Positions 50,126 through 56,297 of a stretch of 56,297 nt of DNA are shown here, piece by piece. The notes below the pieces were generated by a model. The model saw only the letters and a program-made list of their open reading frames with translations, had not been told where the DNA came from and searched no databases. Positions within the stretch are counted from its first letter, which is position 1, and the number at the start of each line of letters is the position of its first letter. A program made the position numbers and the translations under genes. Source of the DNA: Bacteroidaceae bacterium (lineage in GTDB: Bacteria > Bacteroidota > Bacteroidia > Bacteroidales > Bacteroidaceae); contig JAZRMG010000181.1 in the NCBI GenBank assembly GCA_045647345.1, forward strand, positions 1 to 56,297, read 5' to 3'.

Positions 50126-50478
50126 AGTTGATCAGATTTTTTGTTGGCGTTTGGGCGTTCGTAATTGTTAATTCGGTTCCAAATTTGAAACTTTTATTTG
50201 AAAAATGCAAATAATTAGTGCATTTTTGTTGAAAAAATGACAATATATACAGTTGGGCGAATCCTTTATGTTATGTAGGATATAGTATGACATTATATAA
50301 TAAGGATATAATAAGGGCTTTCCAAAACCTTGTTTTCGTGTGGAGCAGCACTCCTTTGTGAAGCAAAAGCTTCAGTCGGCGCAACCGACGCTCACCACGT
50401 GTCGGCACTAAGTGAAGAAAATGCAGGCCTTTTCTCTACTTTCGCTCGTTGAGATTTGGTATTTCGCTCACCTTGCAC

Positions 50479-50486
50479 TAATTTTG
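50479..50486 (+). promoter_or_regulatory. -7 promoter element TAatTTTG upstream of nusB
   Basis: taattttg followed by ca, 23 nt upstream of ATG 50510. Confidence 0.5.
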
Positions 50487-50509
50487 CAAAAAAATTATCA
50501 TATAGAGTT

Positions 50510-51436
50510 ATGATCAATAGAGTACTTATTAGACTGAAGGTGATTCAGGTTGTCTATGCTTACTATCAGAACGAGGGTAAGACTATAGAGGCTGCAGAGA
50601 AGGAGTTGTTTTATAGTTTGTCCAAGGCGTACGATCTGTACAAATACTTATTGTTGCTGATGGTGGAGATTACTCGCTTTGCCGACCGCCGTATCGACAA
50701 TCGTCGTCACAAGTTGCGTCCTACGTATGAGGATCTCAATCCAAATACTAGATTTATCGACAATGCATTCATGGAACAGTTGGCGCAAAATAAACAATTG
50801 GAAGAGTTTGCTGCCAACCAGAAACGTTCATGGGAAGATGAGGGTGATTTTGTGAAACGCTTGTTTAGCCTTGTCGAGGAGACAAAAGCGTATCAGGAGT
50901 ATATGGCCAAAGAGTCTCTCACTTATGAAGATGATCGCGAACTGTGGCGTAAGTTGTATCGTACAGTGATAGTACAGAACCAGGAGATAGATGAGATATT
51001 GGAGGATCAAAGCTTGTATTGGAACGATGATAAGGCTATTGTCGATACCTTCGTGCTGAAGACTATCAGAAAATTTGAACCCGAGAATGGCGCCGAGCAG
51101 GAATTGATTCCAGAATATCGTAACGATGAGGATAAGGAGTTTGCCCGTAAATTGTTGCGTAGTGCCATTACGAATGCTGATGCTTATCGTAAGCTGATGG
51201 AGAATAATGCCAAGAATTGGGATATGGAGCGTTTTGCTTTTATGGATATCCTAATCATGCAGGTGGCACTAGCCGAAATTTTCTCTTTCCCCTCAATCCC
51301 GGTGACGGTGTCGCTCAATGAATATGTTGAGGTTGCTAAGATGTATAGTACACCCAAGAGCGGAAGTTTTATCAATGGTATGCTCGATACAATTGTTAAT
51401 CAATTGAAAAAAGAAAACAAATTGAACAAGGCATAA
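50510..51436 (+). CDS. nusB: Transcription antitermination factor NusB (long Bacteroidota form)
   Basis: 308 aa from ATG 50510: MINRVLIRLKVIQVVYAYYQ ... DILIMQVALAEIFSFPSIPVTVSLNEYVEVAKMYSTPKSGSFINGMLD. Confidence 0.85.
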   Translation: MINRVLIRLKVIQVVYAYYQNEGKTIEAAEKELFYSLSKAYDLYKYLLLLMVEITRFADRRIDNRRHKLRPTYEDLNPNTRFIDNAFMEQLAQNKQLEEFAANQKRSWEDEGDFVKRLFSLVEETKAYQEYMAKESLTYEDDRELWRKLYRTVIVQNQEIDEILEDQSLYWNDDKAIVDTFVLKTIRKFEPENGAEQELIPEYRNDEDKEFARKLLRSAITNADAYRKLMENNAKNWDMERFAFMDILIMQVALAEIFSFPSIPVTVSLNEYVEVAKMYSTPKSGSFINGMLDTIVNQLKKENKLNKA

Positions 51437-51448
51437 TTGAATATTGTG

Positions 51449-51456
51449 TATCTTTG
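51449..51456 (+). promoter_or_regulatory. -7 promoter-like element TAtcTTTG upstream of yajC
   Basis: tatctttg lies 54 nt upstream of ATG 51511. Confidence 0.4.
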
Positions 51457-51510
51457 TCGGCAAAAAGAGATAGAAGTTAATTGTAAAATAAATATTAAAA
51501 TCAAAAAAGT

Positions 51511-51834
51511 ATGTTGTTATTGCAAGCACAAGCGGGAGGCGCAACAGGTATCTTGGCTAATCCTCTTACTATGATTGTATTGATGTTTGTCATCATGTGG
51601 TTTTTTATGATTCGTCCCCAGCGTAAGCAGCAGAAAGCTATTGAGGCTTTCCGCAATAGTCTCAGCGCAGGCCAACAGGTGGTGACAAGTAGCGGTGTGT
51701 ATGGTACTGTGAAGGATATCGTCAATGAGAACGGACGTAGCATTGTGGTGTTGGAAATCGCTCCCAATGTCAAGATAAAGATAGACAAGTCGTCTATATT
51801 TGCTGATATGTCGGCAAATGCTCAGCAGCGATAA
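51511..51834 (+). CDS. yajC: Preprotein translocase subunit YajC
   Basis: 107 aa: MIVLMFVIMWFFMIRPQRKQQKA...GQQVVTSSGVYGTVKDI. Confidence 0.9.
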   Translation: MLLLQAQAGGATGILANPLTMIVLMFVIMWFFMIRPQRKQQKAIEAFRNSLSAGQQVVTSSGVYGTVKDIVNENGRSIVVLEIAPNVKIKIDKSSIFADMSANAQQR

Positions 51835-51857
51835 GAATTGCTTCAAAAATTGTTCTG

Positions 51858-52871
51858 ATGACTAGAAAACAGTCATATCAGCTGCAGAATACTAAACAGT
51901 TTGTGAGAAACTTCCTGCGCGTCAACAACAGCGGGGAGTTTCTTGTGTTTTTGTTTTTTCTGTTCATGGCCTTTGTGTTTTGGTATCTGATGACCATGAA
52001 TGGAGAGTATGAAATGACCTATTCTACCAAGCTCAAACTTAAGAATGTACCAGAGGATATGTTGGTGATAGTGCCGCTTCCTGAACGGATTGATGTGGTG
52101 CTTAGGGATAAGGGAGACAAATTGGTGGAATATAAGACTCGCGGGAAATTGAAGGAGCTGGTGGTCGATTATCGACAGTATGCCAATGTGAAGGGGCGTA
52201 CGGCTATCTATGGCGGGGAGCTGAACAAACTGTTCTCTTCTCGGTTGGCTTCGTCTACGGAGATTGTCTCCTTCTCGATGGATACATTGCAGTACTATGT
52301 GGCTTCATCAGAAGGAATGAAGGTGCCTGTAAAGGTTAATGGAAGTATTGAACCAGCCAGGCACTATGCTGTCAGTCGTGTAGAATTGCAGCCCGATAGT
52401 GTTACTGTGTATGCTTCGCAGGTCTATTTGGATTCTCTTAAAGTCGTATATACACCAGAAGTGCATTACGAAAATCTGACAGATTCGGTGAATACGATAT
52501 TGACGTTGAATGCTGGAGTGCGTGGTGTGAAGATTGTGCCTTCTGAGGTTCAGCTCGGTGTGGCGGTAAGTCCATATGTGACCAAGAGTGTAGAGGTCCC
52601 TATTGCGGGATATCTCTTCCCTTATGGGGTCTCGATCAAAACTTTTCCATCAAAGGCCAGGGTGACTTTTCGTGTCAGCTTGGAGGATTATGCATGGGTG
52701 TCGGCTGAGGACTTTGCCTTGCAAGTGCCTTATTCGCAGATTATGGACAATGTGTCAGGCAAGGTGGTCCCACGTTTGGAAACGTACTCAGACAAGGTGC
52801 ACGATGTCAAGGTAGAACCGTCTGAGGTGGATTATTTGCTTGAAATTAGTGTGTTGTCATCAGGTATATAA
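51858..52871 (+). CDS. YbbR-like domain-containing membrane-anchored protein
   Basis: 337 aa with an N-terminal TM helix (FLVFLFFLFMAFVFWYLM). Repeated beta-rich ~80-aa modules follow. Its position between yajC and coaE is the usual one in Bacteroidales. Confidence 0.6.
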   Translation: MTRKQSYQLQNTKQFVRNFLRVNNSGEFLVFLFFLFMAFVFWYLMTMNGEYEMTYSTKLKLKNVPEDMLVIVPLPERIDVVLRDKGDKLVEYKTRGKLKELVVDYRQYANVKGRTAIYGGELNKLFSSRLASSTEIVSFSMDTLQYYVASSEGMKVPVKVNGSIEPARHYAVSRVELQPDSVTVYASQVYLDSLKVVYTPEVHYENLTDSVNTILTLNAGVRGVKIVPSEVQLGVAVSPYVTKSVEVPIAGYLFPYGVSIKTFPSKARVTFRVSLEDYAWVSAEDFALQVPYSQIMDNVSGKVVPRLETYSDKVHDVKVEPSEVDYLLEISVLSSGI

Positions 52872-52886
52872 TTAGTACTTATAGAT

Positions 52887-53489
52887 ATGTCTCAGCGTCC
52901 GTATAAGATAGCGATTGTTGGAGGGATAGGAAGCGGAAAGTCTGTAGTATCGCGCTTGTTGCGCTTGCTTGGAATACCTGTTTATGAATGTGATGCCGAA
53001 GCAAAGCGCTTGATGAATGTGAATGAATCTTTGCGCTTGGCATTGACGAATGCTGTTGGTTGTGAGGCTTATGGATCTGATGGCCGTCTGGACCGTCGCT
53101 ATTTGGCGAACTATATGTTTGGTCATGCCGATCGTGTGGCTTTGGTCAATAGCATTGTGCATCCTGTGGTACGCAATGATTTTAGAGAATGGGCGCAACG
53201 TATGGGAGATCCGGTTGTTGCGGTAGAGACAGCTATTCTTTTTGAGTCGGGATTAGATGCCGATGTGGATGCCATACTGTTGGTATATGCGCCTGAAAAA
53301 CTCCGGGTCGAGCGTGCTATGCGGCGTGATGGTGCCGATGAGGCGTCGGTGCGTAGGCGTATGGAGAACCAAAGAAAGGATGAGGAACTGATGTCACTGT
53401 CTACTTATATTATCTATAATGACGATACCGAATCTGTCATAGCTCAAGTAAAGTCGGTTTTGGAAGATATAAATGAAAAAAGGAGATAG
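52887..53489 (+). CDS. coaE: Dephospho-CoA kinase
   Basis: 200 aa with the P-loop IAIVGGIGSGKSVV. Confidence 0.88.
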   Translation: MSQRPYKIAIVGGIGSGKSVVSRLLRLLGIPVYECDAEAKRLMNVNESLRLALTNAVGCEAYGSDGRLDRRYLANYMFGHADRVALVNSIVHPVVRNDFREWAQRMGDPVVAVETAILFESGLDADVDAILLVYAPEKLRVERAMRRDGADEASVRRRMENQRKDEELMSLSTYIIYNDDTESVIAQVKSVLEDINEKRR

Positions 53490-53535
53490 GCTGTAATTTT
53501 TTTCGCTATATCTTTTTCAATTTGTCTATAATGTT

Positions 53536-53543
53536 TATTTTTG
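53536..53543 (+). promoter_or_regulatory. -7 promoter element TAttTTTG upstream of the 53608 gene
   Basis: tatttttg followed by ca, 64 nt upstream of the ATG. Confidence 0.5.
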
Positions 53544-53607
53544 CATCCCAATTAAATAGAAATAGGTAAAGTAAATTTTATAAACCATTAAAAGAAGTAA
53601 AACTATT

Positions 53608-54036
53608 ATGCTTAAAACAATTTTAACTATTGCCGGAAAGCCTGGCTTATATAAGCTTGTATCAAACGGACGTAATATGATTATTGTTGAGACTGTAGAT
53701 GCAAACAAGAAGCGTGTGCCTGTTCATGGTATGGACAAGGTCGTTTCGCTTGGTGATATAGCAATGTATACGGATGACGAAGAGGTTCCCTTGTGGCAGG
53801 TGCTTGATAGCGTTAAGACCAAGTGTGATGGCGTGGCTTGTAGCATTGATTACAAGAAGGCTACCAATGAGGAGTTGGCTGATTTTTTTGCAGAGGTGTT
53901 GCCTAACTATGATCGCGATAGAGTATATATGTCTCATGTGCGTAAACTGATTCAATGGTACAATCTTCTTGTTGAAGCGGGTATGACCGATTTTGTCCCT
54001 GAGAATATAGAAGAAAGTGATGAGGTAAATGCTTAA
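53608..54036 (+). CDS. DUF5606 domain-containing protein
   Basis: 142 aa. MLKTILTIAGKPGLYKLVSNGRNMIIVETVD matches my recollection of the DUF5606 N-terminus. Confidence 0.55.
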   Translation: MLKTILTIAGKPGLYKLVSNGRNMIIVETVDANKKRVPVHGMDKVVSLGDIAMYTDDEEVPLWQVLDSVKTKCDGVACSIDYKKATNEELADFFAEVLPNYDRDRVYMSHVRKLIQWYNLLVEAGMTDFVPENIEESDEVNA

Positions 54037-54046
54037 TGAGGCTTTT

Positions 54047-54796
54047 ATGAAAAAAATGTTTGGCGTATTTGCCTTTGTGGGCATGATGTCTTCATGTGGA
54101 AGTGTCTTGACCTTGAATAATGCATATACCTCTCCTGCTGCTGAGAAATCTGAGGTGTCGGTGCAGCCGCAGACTGTAGAGGCATCTGATAATACAGGAA
54201 CAGCGTTGTTGGGTGGCTTGCTGAGCTCGTTGGCGGGCAATGGCTCTACTGCCGCCAATGATGATGGGACGGCATTGACTACAGGTGGTGTGGTGTCGGG
54301 TTTGTTGGGATCGATTCTCAATGCTTTCACTACCGTTGACGAGAATACGATTGTTGGTACTTGGAAGTTCAAGGGATCGGCATTCGTTTTTGAGAGCGAG
54401 AATGCATTGGCTACTCTTGGTAGTGATGCCGTTGCTGCACAGGTGGAATCCAAAGTAGATCAATATTTGGCTAAATATAACATTAAGGCGGGCGTGTGCT
54501 CCATCACCTTTAACAGCGATGGAACCTATGTGTTTACAGCTGGCGAGCGTTGTGTGAATGGTACCTATGAACTCAATGCTGATACCAAGGAATTGAAAAT
54601 GACTTTCGGCATGTTTGCAACTACGGCCTTCCTTGTGTATGATGCAGGAACGATAAATATTGTATATCAGAGCGATGCCCTTTTGCGTGTCCTTAAGGCG
54701 GTAGGTTCGATGAGCAATAATGCAACTTTTGCTCTGCTCAATACCTTGTTGGGCCAGTACGACGGCTTGCGTATAGGTATGGCATTTGCTAAATGA
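54047..54796 (+). CDS. DUF4923-like lipocalin-fold lipoprotein
   Basis: 249 aa from ATG 54047 (MKKMFGVFAFVGMMSSCGS lipobox). It has a low-complexity linker, then GTWKFKGSAFVFESENALA ... ITFNSDGTYVF. The upstream part of the track ORF overlaps the preceding gene. Confidence 0.55.
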   Translation: MKKMFGVFAFVGMMSSCGSVLTLNNAYTSPAAEKSEVSVQPQTVEASDNTGTALLGGLLSSLAGNGSTAANDDGTALTTGGVVSGLLGSILNAFTTVDENTIVGTWKFKGSAFVFESENALATLGSDAVAAQVESKVDQYLAKYNIKAGVCSITFNSDGTYVFTAGERCVNGTYELNADTKELKMTFGMFATTAFLVYDAGTINIVYQSDALLRVLKAVGSMSNNATFALLNTLLGQYDGLRIGMAFAK

Positions 54797-54820
54797 TATT
54801 GTGATAAGATATAAATGGAT

Positions 54821-54856
54821 GAGAGAAGAGGGCTTAGGCTCTCTTCTCTTTTTTTG
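54821..54856 (+). terminator. Rho-independent terminator
   Basis: The stem gagaagag / ctcttctc (54823-54830 and 54841-54848) is followed by tttttttg. Confidence 0.7.
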
Positions 54857-54961
54857 TAGAGGATAGGGCCTATTTCTGTGATTTTGCGGAAAATATCTTA
54901 ATAAGTTTTTCTAATTGTTATAAAATATTGGAACTGACTTTATGTTTTGCGTGTTTATTAT

Positions 54962-54969
54962 TATCTTTG
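54962..54969 (+). promoter_or_regulatory. -7 promoter element TAtcTTTG upstream of iorA
   Basis: tatctttg followed by c, 30 nt upstream of ATG 55000. Confidence 0.5.
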
Positions 54970-54999
54970 CTGTTACTTTGTAAGTAAAAAAGCATAAAT

Positions 55000-56297
55000 A
55001 TGAAATTATTGTTAGGAGATGAGGCCGTAGCGTTAGGAGCTATACATGCTGGAATAAGTGGTGTGTATGCGTATCCGGGTACGCCATCGACCGAGATTAC
55101 TGAATATATACAGGCTCATGCGCTGGAAGTGCGTAGCCGCTGGTGTACGAATGAGAAGACGGCTATGGAGGCTGCCTTGGGTATGTCGTATGCCGGTAAG
55201 CGCTCGCTCGTGTGTATGAAACATGTGGGTATGAATGTGGCTGCCGATGCGTTTGTCAACTCGGCCATTACGGGTGTGAATGGTGGACTCGTAGTATTGG
55301 CCGCCGATGACCCCTCGATGCACTCATCGCAGAATGAGCAGGATTCGCGATTCTATGGCAAATTTGCCATGATCCCTATTATGGAGCCGTCGTCGCAACA
55401 GGAGGCATATGATATGATGCCTTATGCCTATGCGCTGTCTGAAGAGTTGAAACTTCCTGTACTCATGCGTGTGGTGACACGCTTGGCCCACTCGCGTGCT
55501 GAGATTGCAGTGCGTGAGCCGCTGAAGCAGAAAACGCTCTGCCCCGATAATGAGCGTACGCATTGGGTGCTGCTCCCGGGTAATGCTCGACGCCAGTATG
55601 CAACATTGGTGGAGAAGCAAACGCAGCTACTTGTGTCGTCTGAGGAGTCGGCCTATAATAAATCAGAAATCATAAATCAGAAATCCAAGTTGGGTGTCAT
55701 CGCTTGTGGCATTGCCTATAACTATGTAATGGAGAACGAACCCCAGAAACGAGGAGTTCCCGTGCTGAAGGTTTCTCAATATCCGCTTCCGGAGAAGATG
55801 ATAACCGACTTTGCCGCTCAGTGCGAGTCGCTGCTCATTGCCGAGGACGGTCAGCCCATGGTGGAGGAGCAGGTGAAGGCATTGCTTGGTGCAGACTATC
55901 CCGTTAGGGGACGTCTGACAGGTGAACTGCCGCGTATGGGCGAGCTTACTCCCGATAGTGTGGGCGAGGCGCTTGGGGTGAAGGTCGAACAACCCTATGT
56001 CCAGGCGCAGCATGTGATGCCGCGCCCGCCAGCCTTGTGTCAGGGATGTGGACATCGTGATGTATACGATGCTCTCAATAAGGTGGCTGCCGAATATCCC
56101 GATGCACGCATCTTTGGTGATATTGGCTGTTATACGTTGGGCGCATTGCGTCCCTTCCGAGCTATCGACAGCTGTGTGGATATGGGCGCCTCTATCACAA
56201 TGGCTAAAGGTGCGGCGGATGCAGGACTGCATCCAGCCATCGCGGTTATCGGTGACTCTACCTTCACGCATTCGGGTATGACTGGCTTGCTCGATGC
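55000..56297 (+). CDS. iorA: Indolepyruvate:ferredoxin oxidoreductase subunit alpha (N-terminal 432 codons; continues beyond the right edge)
   Basis: Not in the ORF track because there is no stop codon. The reading is MKLLLGDEAVALGAIHAGISGVYAYPGTPSTEI...AALGMSYAGKRSLVCMKHVGMNVAADAF...LAADDPSMHSSQNEQDSR...CQGCGHRDVY...GDIGCYTLG...GDSTFTHSGMTGL. Confidence 0.88.
   Translation, partial: MKLLLGDEAVALGAIHAGISGVYAYPGTPSTEITEYIQAHALEVRSRWCTNEKTAMEAALGMSYAGKRSLVCMKHVGMNVAADAFVNSAITGVNGGLVVLAADDPSMHSSQNEQDSRFYGKFAMIPIMEPSSQQEAYDMMPYAYALSEELKLPVLMRVVTRLAHSRAEIAVREPLKQKTLCPDNERTHWVLLPGNARRQYATLVEKQTQLLVSSEESAYNKSEIINQKSKLGVIACGIAYNYVMENEPQKRGVPVLKVSQYPLPEKMITDFAAQCESLLIAEDGQPMVEEQVKALLGADYPVRGRLTGELPRMGELTPDSVGEALGVKVEQPYVQAQHVMPRPPALCQGCGHRDVYDALNKVAAEYPDARIFGDIGCYTLGALRPFRAIDSCVDMGASITMAKGAADAGLHPAIAVIGDSTFTHSGMTGLLD

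Noticed and set aside
53662-54453. 263-aa minus-strand ORF spanning two + strand genes
   Set aside because: It crosses the boundary between the DUF5606 and DUF4923-like genes on the opposite strand. It has no signal or motif content. The + strand genes each have a promoter box, a lipobox and a terminator.

Overview
This is a chromosomal window from a Bacteroidota genome, probably Bacteroidales and Prevotella-like. The taxonomic call rests on TAnnTTTG -7 promoter boxes, SusC/SusD pairs, a T9SS-sorted BspA-type LRR protein and the nusB-yajC-ybbR-coaE and pth-rplY gene order.

Gene content, left to right:
- The 5' part of a GH2 beta-galactosidase on the minus strand. It is absent from the ORF track because it runs off the edge.
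- A two-gene module of unknown function: a polytopic membrane protein followed by a PD40 lipoprotein with one CXXCH motif.
- A tightly packed 17-kb, seven-gene locus of polysaccharide-utilisation (PUL) type: FAS1 - SusC - SusD - FAS1 - FAS1 - SusC - SusD. It has no CAZyme and no regulator.
- An Amidase_3/SPOR amidase, MlaD, dnaA, the class II ribonucleotide reductase nrdJ and folB.
- A stretch of about 30.3-45.6 kb that looks more GC-rich by eye. It holds DUF362-like and beta-propeller secreted proteins and a roughly 10-kb accessory island with no integrase. The island encodes an HU-family protein, a 34-aa smalltalk-like micro-ORF, an HUH-Y1 (RAYT-like) fusion protein, a BspA LRR protein, an S24 peptidase, a BRO/KilAC antirepressor, an M15 peptidase, a VirE/DUF3987-type primase-helicase and DUF4248.
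- Housekeeping genes: a TorF-like porin, TlpA, pepT, HIT, Hsp15-like, pth, rplY, a PUR-like DUF3276 protein, nusB, yajC, YbbR, coaE, DUF5606, DUF4923 and the 5' part of iorA (also missing from the track).

The most unusual signals are structural:
- A family of GTCATCC...GGATGAC hairpin elements has six copies. One sits in frame inside the primase-helicase gene. Two lie in inverted orientation flanking dnaA-nrdJ-folB.
- Short degenerate 'word' arrays form G-free leaders in front of island genes.
- An identical 23-mer is embedded in two unrelated CDSs in different reading frames.
- There are several phased tandem arrays: 22 bp x4 twice, a 65-bp-period pair, 46 bp x3, and a TTGNCC motif phased at about 10.5 bp.
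- An HUH-Y1 transposase-like protein is split by a low-complexity insert and fused to a possible DprA/SLOG-like domain.

All family names come from motif recognition by eye. No HMM or BLAST search was run. Hand-indexed coordinates of small elements may be off by 1-2 nt. I found no tRNA, rRNA or CRISPR array.
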